Shown here piece after piece: positions 48,070 through 61,571 of a stretch of DNA of 64,000 nt. The stretch comes from Raja brachyura. Lineage: Eukaryota. Position 1 is the stretch's first letter, and the number at the start of each line of letters is the position of its first letter. Under the pieces are notes generated by a model that was not told where the DNA came from, ran no database searches, and saw only the letters and a list, made by a program, of their open reading frames with translations. Made by a program: the position numbers and the translations under genes. The stretch spans positions 21,142,001 to 21,206,000 of the forward strand of contig OY740793.1 of assembly GCA_963514005.1 (NCBI GenBank), read 5' to 3'.

Positions 48070-50899
48070 TTTCAATTGTTAGTACAAATGTTAAATGTTT
48101 ATCTGTATGTTCTATAAGAAATAGTCTGTCTTAGCAAAGGAAGCCACTATAAAGAATGCTTCTTTAAAAATGTGTCATTTTCAAGTTAAATAGCTGTAAA
48201 TAATTGTTTGTTAGTTGATATTACTGACTTTTCTCTAATGTGAACGAGCTTTGATAAGTAATACAGATCAAAGCAAAGGAACTTCCAGAAAATAAATTTC
48301 AGGATACATTACTGACAGCAATCTATATAAATTATTGATAAATGTTGAGTTCTTATACAGAATTCCAATTGATTTGCACTTCAAAACCTCACTAATCACA
48401 AATTCACCAAGCAAAAAACAGTAAGGGTCTCTGTGGAATTAGTTTGGCGATAGTTTACAGCAGTAACTTTTTAGTTATAATCAGTCGAAATGTGATTCAG
48501 GGAAACTGCTGAATGTGTCAACAAAACTGGTTTGGGCATTTGCTGTTTTCTATCAAACATATTATTTTTACCTTGTTATGAAGGAATTACATTGAAATTA
48601 ATTGAAATTTTCAAACAGCAACAAGGAAACTGTAACATGGAAGCCATTTGTATTCATTCTTAAATATTGAGATTTTCAATTCGACTGGCTTATAAGAATT
48701 TCACATGTCTTTGATGCTGCCAGAGCCAGATAATTGATGCTGAACCCCAATGTGTCCACAGATATATTCCCACAGAATATTATCAATCACACCCTGAGTT
48801 TAGCTAACCTCAATCCCAACTCAGCAATTTGACACTGCTTTTGGTCTCTCATTCGGTGATCACCTTCTGAAAATGTTTTAAAGCATTGATATAAATAATA
48901 TTCAAGCACATCAGAGTAAGGAGAGAATACTACACCATCAAAGAAGCTACCTTTCTGATAAAATGATAAATAATGAATAGGTCTACAGTCTCAGAAGTGC
49001 ATGTCTGAATCAAAGGCACAATTTAATGAAGACCAAATAAGTTTTCAAACTCTCAAAATGGGCAAATCAACATGTCACCCTTCCAGATTAATTGGTCTTT
49101 TATCACTTTACATTGTGAAAAAACTCACTGTTGTGCCTTTAACTCATTTCATGACCACATTTAGCAGTAATTCTTTGCTCCAAAAAGTTTTGTAATGTCT
49201 TTCTTTCCCTTTCGTATGTGGGATGCTCACTTATTTGGTTGAGATGGTTTCAATTGGTTCCATACTAATCATTAAAAAAGGAGCAAGCACAGTGAATACC
49301 ATACTCACCAGGCAGCTTTGTTTCTTGATAGAGAAGTGAAATAACTGCGAGTCTTAGAAGCCTTCACTGATAATACTGTAATTCCATAAAACAGATATCA
49401 TGTCCACACTGAATAAGAAGCAAATTGTGCTGGCTGGCTGTTAATTAGTCTCACAGCAGAGTGAACCTGAAGTATGTTGTCCAGATCTAAATTGAACCCA
49501 ACAGAAGCAACTTTCAAAAGAGTAAATAAAGAGGAAATAGCGATTTGCAGTTTGCTAGTTGATGTAATAATAGTTGGACTTCAGCCAATTACTTTAGAGG
49601 AAGGAGATAAAGTGTTCTGCACACCAAAACTACAAGCTGAGCTCCTTCTGAAGTTTTATTACTTGCTTTAATTTCAATCTAAGGCTGGTCAATGGCTCTT
49701 CCAATCTAAAACCGAGGTTTAGAAATTATGGCATATTCTATCTGCACCGAGTAAAGTTTCACACTAAGGTCAGATTCACAGAAATGACAAATCAAAGCAA
49801 AATGCATAATCCAATTTACCTACTAACAAAGGAAACTGTCAGTGTCATGAAGGTAGTAGAGAATTGCTTGGCAATGCCCCGAAATTTGATCACATAACAT
49901 GGTTTCTTTCAGCATTATGTGCAAAGTAAACAATTTTTCCTCAAGTGTAACATTAGTGGAATAATTGAACTTGCGTAGATGATATATTTCCCCTGTCAAA
50001 CGGCCACATAACAAAGTCACTCCCCATGCAAAACGTACCTAGAACAACGACTGGGAAAATTCCCCATTTTTGGGGATTGTCAACCTGAATGGATTTCATT
50101 AGCGCTGCTATTTCTTCAGCAGCACCATGCAAAATAATCGCTTGGGCAAGTCAGATTTATCTACCCCTCCCCATTCAGAAAACCTATCTCCACCTAACTC
50201 AGCGATTAATAGGTTCCAGTTAATATAAGCCTTGACTCCTCAAAGACCTGAACGTCTACTCCAACCCATAACCGTTGATTGCAGCCACCCACCCCCAACT
50301 TACTGACCTTCAGCCATTATAGCTGTGAGGGAATTCATTGATAGCTAACTGAGCAATCACATCCCCTCGACCCCATCCCCACATGTGCCTGCCAACAAAC
50401 ACCAACTGTATCGCAAAGACAACTTTAAAAAAGTTAAAGGATATGGAATGAATGCAGGCAAGAGGGATTAGGAAAAGATAGGCATTATGAGCAGCATGCA
50501 TGTGTTGGTCCAAAGGCCTTATTTATATGCCGTATGTCCCACTGAGATGTTATGATTCTGCTGTTACCCTCCCTCCATGCTGATCAGATGGCTACATGGA
50601 ATGCAGAGTCAAAACTACTGAACTGGATTCTTATTTGATATTTTCAACCACTGCTCACCAGGAGTTTTGCATCACCCTGACCCCTCTTTTGAATTCTCAC
50701 CACCCTCTTCCAGCCTCTCTCTCTAGAGCTCCATCACACAGCCCCTGCCTTGGATTTGCATCACATTTCATACTTCCTCTTCTTTCATTATCTGACACCC
50801 TTTTGCCTCTTTTTCATCTCTGGCCTTTATCATTTTCTCCACATATCTGACACCCTCCCCCTATCATCCTACCACATGCCTTTCTTTTCAAATTTGCTA

Positions 50900-51975
50900 A
50901 CCATGGCTGACAAGGGAAGTCAAGAACAGTGTAAAAATAAAAGAGAAGTATAACAGCAAAGATGAGCAGAAATCCAGACTTTTAAAGAGCAACAGAAGAT
51001 AACTAAAAAGGCAATACAGGGAGAAAGGATGAGGTGCAAAGGTCAGCTAGCCAAGAAAATAAAAGATGATAGGTAAAGCTTCTTTAGGTATGTGAAGAGG
51101 AAAAGATTAGTTAAGACAAATGTGTGTTCCTTGAAGACAGAAACAGGTGAATTTATTATGGGGAACAAGGAAATGGCAGACGAGTTGAACAGGTACTTTG
51201 AATCTGTGTTCACAAAGGAAGTCACAAACAATCTCCAAATGTACTAGTGGCCAGAGGATCTGGGGTGACGAACTGAAGGAAATTCATATTAGGCAGGTGT
51301 TGGGACTGAAGGCTGGTAAATCAGCCAGGGCCTGATGGTCTGCATGGATATTGACATGGATAGAAAATTGGTTGGCAGACAGGAAACAAAGAGTCTCTTT
51401 AATGGGTCCCTTTCAGAATGGCAGGCGTGTGGTGTACTGCAAAGCTCTGTGCTGGGACCGCAGCTATTTACAATACACATTAATGATTTAGATGAAGGGA
51501 TTAAGTGTAACATTAGCAAATTTGCAGACGACACAAAGCTGGGTGGCAGTGTGAACTGTGAGGAGGATGCTATGAGGTTTCAGGGTGACTTGGACAGGTT
51601 GGGTGAGTGGGCAGATGCATGGCAGATGCATAACGCGGATAAATGTGAGGTTATCCACTTTGGTAGCAAGAACAGGAAGGCAGATTATTATCTGAATGGT
51701 GTCAAGTTAGGAAAAGGGGGAGTACAACGAGATCTGGGTGTCCTTGTTCATCAGTCACTGAAAGTAAGCATGCAGTTACAGCAGGCAGTGAAGAAAGCTA
51801 CTGACATGCTGGCCTTCATAACAAGAGGAGTTAAGTATAGGAGCAAAGAGTTCCTTTTACAATTGTACTGGGCCCTGGTGAGACCACACCTGGACTATTG
51901 TGTGCAGTTTTGGCCAGCCATGATCACAGAGAATGGTGGTGCTGGCTCAAAGGGCTGAATGGCCTAGTCCTGCAC
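50900..51975 (+). mobile_element. CR1 LINE fragment with internal deletions
   Basis: ORF 51335-51958: QSSVLGPQLF..FADDTKLGG..RPHLDYCVQFW. Confidence 0.88.
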
Positions 51976-52589
51976 TTGAAATGTCATCTGTCCATTCCTT
52001 CCAAATATTGGGAGTAGACTGGAAGTTAGGTGTTTTTTTCCTTTCCTGTATAATAGGAAACTTTGGAATGAATTACCAGGTCTTTCAGTGGCTGCTCATT
52101 CTCTGTCTAACTACAAGAGAAGAAAACAGAACTGAACCTGCTCTTTGCTGAGTTGTGACAAGTTTTACAGCAGGCCAGTGACCTGCTGCCACCTCACACA
52201 AAGCCGTTTCTGTGGCACCTTCCACACCCCTTGCTTCAACTCTCCTGTGCTTTGATCAGTGAACTTTGTGATCAGTAAGCTATACTGTTGTTAGTTACCC
52301 TCCTCAAAGATTTACCATAAGAAGAAAGTTTTCAATTGCAAAAAAATAAATCTGGGTACACTGCTGGTAGGAAGTAACATACATGAAGTTGGTTCACAAT
52401 TCTGAAGCTCCAACTGGTCACTCTAATTAAATGAAAGGCTGTTGCCATAACAATTAAGATATCATCAACCTTGAAGCTTTCAATACAAACAGATGGCATC
52501 ATCTTATGATGAAGAATTTCCAGAACACATCCAACATGAAGGCGGTCATGACAAATAAAGAATAGAGTTTGAGTCGCAATTTATCAATA

Positions 52590-53165
52590 TTCAGCATTTT
52601 GCTAAATACTCTATCGAGCTTCCACAGGTGTATGGTGGAGAGCTTACTGACTGGTCCCATCACGGCCTGATTCAGTAACTTGAATGCACGAGAAAGAAGG
52701 AGGCTGTGAAAAACGGTGGGCATGATCCAGTCCAATTCAGGTCTCGCCACCATCGAAGTGATCTACTGGTCACGCTGTCTCAAGAAAGCAGCGAATATCA
52801 TCAAAGACCCACATCACCCTGGCTACACTCTCATCTTGTTCCTACCATCAGGAAGAAGGCAGGAGCCTGAGAACCATTGCTTCCAGCTTCTTCCCATCAG
52901 CATAAGGTTCTTTAACCACCAGGCACAACCCTAACCACAACCCTACCTCAGCAATAAACTACAAGGGATTTTATGTAAGATTGCACCACATAATTTGACT
53001 TGCACTGTTTTGATTTTGTTACATTCCATAACTGACAATTTATTGTATTATTATTTATTGTACATTAATTCTTTGTATTGTTGCAATAATGTGCCTGTAA
53101 AGCTGGACAAGTAGAAATTGCATAGTTCCAGTCCTGATTCATATGACAAGTAAACACTCTTGCCT
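52590..53165 (+). mobile_element. Rex/Babar-like LINE 3' fragment
   Basis: RCLKKAANIIKDPHHPGYTL..LPSGRR; tail ATGACAAGTAAAC. Confidence 0.7.
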
Positions 53166-53619
53166 GCAGACTCTTGAATAAATCTGTAATGTGTAAACAA
53201 TAACCTTTTAACTCTCGAAAATCTTATGCCATCTTCCACCTTCTGGGGAAATTCAGGATAAAGGAAACTGTTGCAATTCTAAAGAAGACAGCTACCGACA
53301 GCAATATTTCAGAAGTTAGAACACAGAGAATACCCAAGAAAATCTGACAGAATTGATTGCGTAAATTTTCTTTTATCTTTGGTGAGGTGATGTCTGCCTT
53401 AGATCTTCAGTTCTCCCCAAGGGAGTGCAACATATTATGTAGGCAGGCAATCATCTGCAAGCTACGTGAATGGATTTACATACATTTTTTTTTTAATTTG
53501 CAGATGTGGGAAATCTGAAATAAAAACAGAAAATATGAGGACAAGCTCAGCACATCAGGCCACATCAGTGGAAACAAAAAAAAGGTGTCAGGTTTAGGAC
53601 TATTCATCAGAACAGTGCC

Positions 53620-54200
53620 ACCAGCAGGGGCTGCCTTGCCAACAGTCTGTCCTTTCATCTTTTTGTTATTTCGCCACTCCCACTGCGGCCTAACATCCTG
53701 AAGTGGTGCGGCCTTTCCTGGAGACCAACGGGCGCTCCAAGCCGCAGGAGTGTGCGGGAGTTTAACATCGCGGAGCTTGCGATCCCTTTGCCGGGGATCG
53801 AAACTCCAACTGCTGGGCCTGTGGACTTTAAGATTGTGAAGTCCGCAGTCTCTGGTCAGAAGAGGCAGACTCAGGGGCTCCATGGCGCTGAGATAGTATC
53901 AACCGCCCCCAACACGGGAGTTTTGATCGCCCTTACGAGGGCTTCGAGGGGCTTTGATTTCCCCGACTGCGGATGGTTTGACTGACCCAACCGCAGGAGA
54001 TCAAGACAAAGAAGATTGAACTTTATTTCTTTCCATCACAGTAAGGAATGTGAAATCCATTGTGATGGATGTTTATGTTAACTTTTATATGGTTGTGTAT
54101 CTTGTAACTTTTCACTTAGTATGGTTGTATGGCAACTCAAATTTCACTGTACCTTAATTAGTACATGTGGCAATAAACTGACATTGACCGTGAAACATTG
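53620..54200 (+). mobile_element. Related GC-rich non-autonomous retroposon
   Basis: GGCTGCCTTGCC..GGCCTAACA..; TTCCATCACAGT..ATTGTGATGGATG hairpin; tail ATTTCACTGTACC..CAATAAAC. Confidence 0.6.
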
Positions 54201-54639
54201 AGAATTAAGAAATTATGGAGTTGCTTTGTATTCCCAGTTAAGATGAACGAGTAAGGAAGGAGTAAGGAAAGAGGTACTGACAGTCTAAGTGGATGACCAT
54301 GGATTACTTATTAAAAGCAGGGAGGTGGAAACTTGTGAAAACTCAGAAGTACATTCAGTCTTGATATGTGGAAACACTAACAAATTACATTTGCGTTGGC
54401 ATCATCTGTACTTAATTTCTGTCCCACACAACACGATTGTAAGAATGGTGCAAATAGATTTATTGCTTTAAAAAGCCTTACTCCTTTCCAGGCATTTTGT
54501 CTGGGATAATTGCTTGATAAAAAGACACACATTTTTAAGATTTTCACCCTCTCCTAAAAAAAGTGCGTTTTTCAAGTAATAATTGGGAAATTACAAACGG
54601 AGAGAAGAGTTGGAGGTACTTAAAAAATCACGTTGAAGC

Positions 54640-56460
54640 CAAGTGTCCCTCGGCCAATCAAACACCCCTCAGCTGTATCCACCTATCACCTGGTTCCTGC
54701 CGCTCCCACCTCACTTTTCTTCCTACAACTACATTCAATATAGTTTCAAACACGAGACCAAACGTAGATTGGGCGATCGTTTTCGCTGAACATTTTCGCT
54801 CACTCCATCTGGGCCGACCTCATCTCCTGGTTGCCAAAACTTTAACTCTCATTCCCACATTAACGTCTACGCTGCATCTGCTCCCAGGATGAGGTGTTCC
54901 ACACCAGGGCATCGGAAATGTCATAATTCTTTAGGGAATGGGGGTTCCGCTCCCCTACTATAGATGAGGCTCTCACCAAGGTCTCTTCAATACCCCGTAA
55001 CAATGCTCTCTCTCCCCATAACAAGGGCAGAGTCCCCCTAGTCCTCACCTTCCACCCCACCAGCCGGCACATACAACAAATAATCCTCCGTCATTTTCGC
55101 CACCTCCAACGTGACCCCACCACTCGCCTCATCTTCCCATCTCCCCCCCTGTCTGCTTTCCACAAAGACCACTCCCTCCGTAACCCCGTGGTCAATTCTT
55201 CCCTGACCACCCGCATCACCCCATCCCCGGGCACTTTCCCTAGCAACCGCAAGAGATGCTACACGTGTCGCTTTACCTCCCCCCTCGGCTCCATTCAAGG
55301 ACCCAAACAGTCGTTCCAGGTGCGACAGAGGTTCACCTGCACCTCCTCCAACCTCATCTATTGCATCCGCTGCTGTAGATGTCAGCTGATCTACATCGGT
55401 GAGACCAAGCATAGGCTTGGCGATCGTTTCGCCAAACTCCTCCGCTCGGTCCACAATAACCAATCTTATCTCCCGGTGGCTCAGCACTTCAACTCCCCCT
55501 CCCATTCCGAATCCGACCTTTTTGTCCTGGGCCTCCTCCATGGCCAGAGTGAGCACCACCGGAAATTGAAATGGTAAATGGGTCAGTACGGGATGAATGG
55601 GTGAACACTTCTTCAGACTGATGTGGGGGGGGGGGGGGCGGGAAGAATAAAGGAAGAGGAGGAGCAAGAGGGTTGAGGGAGAGGAGAGAAGGGGAGGAGA
55701 CCATAAGGGCTACCGGAAATTGGAGTAGTCAATGTTCATGCCGCTGGGGTGTAAGTTACGGGGTATTGAACCTCCATTTACCCTGCACTGATCCCCCCCA
55801 TCCATCCTGTACCGATTCCCTCATTCATCCTGTACTGATCCCCTCATTCATCCTGCAGTGATCCCCCATTCAGGAAGAAGGGTCTCGACCCAAAACGTTG
55901 CCTATTTCCTTCACTCTATAGATGCTGCTGTACCAGCTGTGTTTCTCCAGCACTTTTATCTACCCACATTGACCTTTCTGTCCTGGGCCTTCTCCATTAT
56001 CAGAGTGAGGCCAACCGTAAATTGGAGGAACAGCATCTCATATTTTGCCTGAGCAGCTTACAACGCAGTGGTATGAATTTTGATTTCTCTAACTTCAAGT
56101 AGCCCCTGCATCCCCTCTCTCTCTCCGTCCCTCCCCCACCCTAGTCATTGTACCAGTCTCTTTGTCGTCCTGGTAAGTTTCATTGCCTGTAACTTGTTTT
56201 CACGAAGCCCACAACTAACAATGGCTGTTTCCTTTATCATTGTTACTTTTTTTGTGCATCTTTCATTCATTTGTTCTATATCTCTCTATATCACCGTTTC
56301 TATATCTCTCATTTTCCCAGACTTTCAGTTTGAAGAAGGGTCTCAACCGGAAACATCACCTATTCCTTTTCTTCACAGATGCTGTCTGATCCGCTGACAT
56401 TCCAGCTTTTTGTGTCTATCTTTGGTCTATTCCAGCATCTGCAGTTCTTTCCCACACCTT
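54640..56460 (+). mobile_element. Penelope-like element cluster (GIY-YIG endonuclease fragment plus pLTR pieces)
   Basis: ORF 55188-55577: C-x2-C, FTCTSSNLIYCIRC..C..IYIGET..RLGDRF..VAQHFN (GIY-YIG). pLTR with (C)TGAAGAAGGGTCTCGACCCGAAAC-type motifs at ~55875 and ~56330. Confidence 0.9.
55781..55872. repeat. ~23-bp minisatellite x4
   Basis: CCTG(C/T)ACTGATCCCC(T/C)CATTCAT-like units. Confidence 0.8.
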
Positions 56461-57139
56461 CCACCATCACCCTCTGCTTCCTACCATGAAGCCAATCCTG
56501 TATCCATTTTGTGTACCCTGTATCCAATTAGCTAGCTCTCCCTGGATCCCATACGATCTAACCTTCTGGAGCAGCCTATAAATGCGAAATGTTATCAAAG
56601 GTTTTGCTAAAGTCTATATATAGATTATGTATACCTTGAATTGTGAACCTTCTTGGCTACCTCTTCAAAAAAAACTCATTCAAATTCTTGAGACATGATC
56701 TGCCACGTCCAAAAACATATGAACTATTCATAACCAGCCCGTCCATCCAAATGCATGTTCATCATACTCCTCAATCCTCTCCAGTAACATTTCTACCACA
56801 GATTTTAGGCTTCTATGATTGTATCACTCTCAATGACAAATTGTATGACAAATCGATAAAATCATGAAATGACACAGCAAGGCAAACTATTCAGCTATTT
56901 GGCTTTCTCTCTGATTAAAACCTCTCGTTTGCTCTTTACATATTGTTCCATTACTTCATTCCCTTCAAGTAGTTATCTAGTTCTCTTTTGAATGTTACCT
57001 TTGAATCTCCTTTCAACGCATTTTATACTAAGTTTTCCAAATGATAAACTTGCAGTTTAAATAAAAAGTTCCCTAAAGACTATAGGGAGTTTATGGGGAC
57101 TATAGGGACTATAGGGAATTCCCTAAAGTTCTCTATAGA

Positions 57140-57935
57140 TCCGGAAGTGGCCATGCTGGCTGGCAGCTGCGGCTCACCTGCAGTCACCTGTATGGTTTTT
57201 TCTTTTTTTTTGTGTCTTTTTGTGATTGTTCGGTACAATTTTGTTTTATTAGGTTGTGTATTTGTGGGGGGGGGGGGGGGGGGAGGGAGAAACAGAGTCT
57301 TAGTCTTTCCCTTCGGGGGGGATGCATGTCCCCTGTCACCGTCTGTGCTGAGGCCTAATGGCGGAGCTGTGGTGGCCTAGTTCGGAGCTGCGGTGCTCCA
57401 GCGGTTGCGGTGGTCCGCTTAGAGCTGCGGTGTTCCAGCGGCGGCGGCGGCCTGGTTCAGAGCTGCGGTGCTCCAGCGGCGGCGGCCTGGTTCAGAGCTG
57501 CGGTGCTCCAGCGGCGGCGGCGGCCTGCAGAGCTGCGGTGCTCCAGCGGTTGCGGTGGTCCGCTTAGAGCTGCGGTGCTCCAGCGGTTGCGGTGGTCCGC
57601 TTAGAGCTGCGGTGCTCCAGCAGCAGCGGCGGCATGGTTCAGAGCTGTGGTGTTCGAGCGGCGGCGGCCCAGCTCAGAACTGCGGTGCTCCAGCGGCGGC
57701 GGAGGCCTGGATCGCCTCAACGCAGAGGGAGAACTAGGAGTGAGGATGACAGGGACTTAAGACTTTTGCTTTCCACCACAGTGAGGAGGTGCCTGGTGAA
57801 CTAATTGTGGTGGATGTTGGATATGTGTTTATTGTGTGTTTTGTTTTTATTATATGTATGACTGTATGGTAACAATTTCGTTCAGACCATAAGGTCTGAA
57901 TGACAATAAAGGAATCTAATCTAATCTAATCTAAT
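57140..57935 (+). mobile_element. Non-autonomous retroposon with internal GC-rich VNTR and LINE-like tail
   Basis: 3' ~230 bp shared with 1031-1326 (hairpins CCACCACAGT..; TTCAGACC-N4-GGTCTGAA; GACAATAAAGG); (ATCTA)n tail. Confidence 0.75.
57384..57710 (+). repeat. GC-rich minisatellite, ~9 units of 35-38 bp
   Basis: Core AGAGCTGCGGTGCTCCAGCGG followed by either TTGCGGTGGTCCGCTT or (CGG)nCCTGGTTC. Confidence 0.9.
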
Positions 57936-59349
57936 AAGAACAAAATAAATAGGAGCAGGAATATTCTTTCTGCCCCCTTGAGCCTGATTCAAAATTCATT
58001 AAAATCATGATTGATTTTCCAGCACTTTCCCCAGAACCTGTGATTCCCTTCATGTGCAGTAATCTATTGAACTGTCTTTTGAATGAACATAATGGCAGAA
58101 CCTACCACTCTGTGGTAGGGAATTTCTGAATAAGGGCCTTTCTTCTCATCTCATTACAAATCGAGTTACCAATTATTCTAAAATGCTGTTTCCTGGTTCT
58201 CGTCTCCTCATCCAGGGAAAACATCCTCCTTCGTTCTAATCTATCAAGCTCTTTAGGAATTTTGTATGTTTTATACTAACCCAGTCTTTCCAAAAAGGTG
58301 ACTTCCCAGAGAGGTGACAAATTTCAATGGCCCCAAGTTTCTGTTGTACCCACAGATGAGATTAAATGTAAATTAGGAGAACAATATTTCATATTATAAT
58401 TGGATAATTTACAACCCACTGGAATGAATATTGATATAATATGCTTCCTCTTCCCATCAAATTCTACCGCAGACCTACCACCCTTTGTCTTACCCAAAAC
58501 ACACACCACCGCCCTCCTCCCTCCACTCTCCACATACTGCAGCACATTGGCATTATTTCCTGTCCCATTAAGCACATCATCTCTTGCGTATGAAATGCAT
58601 GGGTTAATAATATTTCGTTTGGGAGCCATTCTGCTGCTATGCTATGAGATACAGAGTTCTGTGTACTTTAAGCATCTAAACCCTGTGTAACTATTGTACA
58701 TTGTTCAATAATAAACTGTATTAGGGCAAACATGCCATTGCCCAGAGTGCCTGAATCGTGTTCCAAATGCTTAATCCTAAAATAAACCAAAGGCTATTAT
58801 ACAGTAGAGGTTAATATGAAGTTTAAATACTTTAAATGATTTCATCATCTAAGTGCAGTACATTTCTAAACAAGTTTGCTGTGCAGTTGCTTCACTACTT
58901 TCATAATTTGCTGTGTTGCTCTACAGCTAAAAGTTTATTTCTGAAAGCTCTCAGCATCTGCTTGTAAAAGTATAAGTGTTCTTCTAACACATGCAGATGA
59001 CATTAGTATCAAATGACATGCAGTATCAAATGAGTTATTTACCAATAAATGGCATTTTAAACAGCATTTGAGTACATTGTTTGCTTTTACAAACCTGCCA
59101 TCTCTACAATTTATATAAGCTCTTGCAAATTCACTGTTGCTGAGTACTTCGTTAAACTGCTTCAAAATACAATTGAGAACAGATTTTAGTGACAATAAAA
59201 TGTGTTTCATCTTGAATTCTTTAAAGATGATTTTGAAACATTATTGTGACAAAAGCAAACATGGTAGATTCAGTCCCAAACGAGATATGCATTAAGAAGC
59301 CAGGAATTTGGGATCTCAGCTGAGGTAGATGCACTGTATATAGTGTAAA

Positions 59350-59665
59350 AGCCCTGTCCCACTGTACGAGTTCATTCAAAGAGTTCTCCCGCGTTTGCCC
59401 AGATTCGAACTCGGAGATTTACGGTAATGGCCGCTCGTCGGTACTCGGGGCTCTCGTGGACATTTTTCAACGTTGAAAAATCTTCACGAGTCTTCCCGAG
59501 CTTACCGCGTTTCCCCGAGTACCTGCCGTTAGCGTCATGAGCCGTTAAGAGAAGTCCCCGAGCTCCGACGTACCTGCTATGTTCATTCTAAGTGCTTACC
59601 ACCAGTCTGATTTTTTATTAAACTCGGGAGAGATCTTGAATGAACTCGTACAGTGGGACAGGGCT
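59350..59665. mobile_element. PIF/Harbinger-type MITE (short subfamily)
   Basis: ~30-bp TIR AGCCCTGTCCCACTGTACGAGTTCATTCAA ... TTGAATGAACTCGTACAGTGGGACAGGGCT; TWA-like flanks (imperfect). Confidence 0.8.
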
Positions 59666-59689
59666 ATTACTCTCATGAGCTGGGAGTGT

Positions 59690-60300
59690 TGAAGTGTCAT
59701 ATATACCAATAACGGAACAATTAAATTGTTAATTGCAGCAGCGTAACAGATCTGTAAACACAATACACACAGAACATTTACACAGAATACACAAAACGCA
59801 GAATAATAAACAAAAATTTAATAAATTAATAACCCCAATACTAGTGGGGGGGGAAAACAAAGTCCTTCATGTAACCAAAGACTGTCCAGTATTGTGCAGT
59901 ATTCAAGGGTCTGATGGTTGTTGGAAAGAGGTTATTCTTGAACCTGGTGGTCAAGGATTTCAGACTCCAATACCTTCAGCCTTAGAGCGATGGCCAGGGT
60001 GGAGTGGCTCTTTGATGATACTGGATGCCTCTCTAAAGTAACATCTCTTGTAGATCTCTTCGATGCTGGGGAGGTCAGTACCTGTGATGGATGAAGAAGC
60101 GTCTCTGTAATCCACTTCATTCCTGAATGTTCAAGTTGCCAAACCAGGCTGTGATGCAATCAGCCAATATGTTTTCTAGCATACCCTCATAGAAATTCAA
60201 GAGTGTATTCATCAACATACCAAATAATCTTCTAAAGTCGGATAGATGTTTCATTATGATTACATCCATTGTAGTTAGCATTATCACTGCAGCTATGGAT
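59690..60300 (-). mobile_element. Rex/Babar-like LINE 3' fragment
   Basis: On -: SLVWQLE.., similar to 52590-53165 (CCACCAGGTTCAAGAATAACCTCTTTCCAACAACCATCAG). Confidence 0.6.
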
Positions 60301-60559
60301 CATGAAATCCATTGGCACTCTTAAAAGAGAAAGTCTGCCAGTGACATCATAAATCATTGCTGGAGTGCTAACTAAGCAATCAAAAAGTGCTGGTGGACTA
60401 TTTAATATCTGAGTGGCTACAATGCACATTGATTTTCTCCTACAATTAAAAAAAGATTTCTTTTATGTAGAGCGTATCGGGCTTGAAAGACATCAAATAC
60501 ATTTTGTAGCAAATGAGTGAATGCAGCTGAATTGAATACTTTAGTAACATGTGACAAGG

Positions 60560-61090
60560 CATAGATAAATTATTTGCTTGCATACCCAGGGTATGCAAAT
60601 AGTCACCCATAAGGGGTGCTTAGAAAGTTACAAAGTAGCCCCGTGCTAGATCCCCTTTTGTTCTCCCCTCCTCATGGCGGTCTCCCTGTGCTGGGTCCTC
60701 CATTGTCCATTGTTCTTCCCCCTCCCTAACAGCGGTCCCCCCACGCCGGGTCCTCCTTTGTTCCTTCCCTCGGCAGCAGCGTCCTCACTTCCACGTGTCG
60801 GTCCTCGTCTGTCGGTCGATGCCATCATCAACTGCCGCACTGACTTCTCCACTATCGCCGCCGGGTCCTCTCCAGACACCTCCGTGGCTGCAACCCAGGC
60901 CCCAGCCGTGAGCTCCCCTGATCCAGGCACCGTATTGGCTGGTGGCTCTGGTCCACAAGGCCCAGGCTCAGGCCCATGAGGCCCGGGCTCAGCCCATGAG
61001 GCTCTGTCCCGCCAGACCCTGAGCTCCTACCGCAAGGGTCTGGCCACGGCTTCTCAGCGGCAACTCTGGAAGGCGTCTGCCTCAGCAGCA
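60560..61090 (-). mobile_element. GC-rich non-autonomous retroposon fragment
   Basis: CpG-rich body; near-tail hairpin TTGCATACCC-A-GGGTATGCAA at ~60578-60598. Confidence 0.5.
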
Positions 61091-61506
61091 CCTCTGGAAT
61101 TTATCCAAAGCAAGTTCCCACAAATATCAGTCATCTGGCAAATTATATCGGTCAAATACAATAAACCTTCATTATAACAGGCCATGGAGGGGGGGGGGGG
61201 GGGAGCACTCTTCCTACTCTCAACCATGAAAACAGCTTTCTACTAAACTCTGCTAACCCAACCCCAACACTCCACTCCTCCCCGCTTCCACTCCCCCACC
61301 CAACCCCATCCCTTGCCATTGCTTTGTAATCACCTGATCCACAGAATGCAATTTCAGCCTCAGCGTAAAAATGCCAATAAATATCCACACCATTAATTCT
61401 GTTTCTTTGTAATTATTTGCCAATTATTTCCAGCAGATTCTCAGGGATATCAAAAGTTATTTAGATAGATTAAATTTGAGAACTATTCTTCCTTTTACTT
61501 TGGTAG

Positions 61507-61571
61507 ATTCATTGGCATCGATGATTATCTATAAATCAACAAAGAAAATGGACTTATTCAACAACATTAAG
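61507..61571 (+). CDS. SLCO2B1-like: SLCO2 (OATP2B1/2A1-like) transporter, N-terminal coding exon ending ...KKMDLFNNIK
   Basis: Acceptor CCTTTTACTTTGGTAG| at 61506 and donor AAG|GTAATT at 61571. The frame SLASMIIYKSTKKMDLFNNIK ends in F-x-N-I-K at a phase-0 junction, as in SLCO2A1/2B1 just before TM1. The start could be ATG 61521/61548 or an upstream exon. Confidence 0.7.

Larger units (their letters stand above)
43115..50073. repeat. Tandem segmental duplication: copy A ~43115-47033, copy B ~47039-50073
   Basis: Colinear match of the CR1 portion plus ~2 kb of non-repeat DNA (e.g. 44405-44780 vs 48070-48420; 45418-47033 vs 48425-50073) with scattered substitutions and indels. Confidence 0.93.

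Noticed and set aside
43115-50073. Duplication as an assembly artefact
   Set aside because: The copies differ by many substitutions and carry copy-specific TE insertions with TSDs.
55038-55667. 209-aa minus-strand ORF
   Set aside because: Antisense shadow of the Penelope GIY-YIG region.
57358-57804. Overlapping ORFs with repeated ELRCSSG/AAVLQR peptides; superficially array-like
   Set aside because: Products of a GC-rich VNTR. Units are contiguous variants without unique spacers, so neither a gene nor a CRISPR array.
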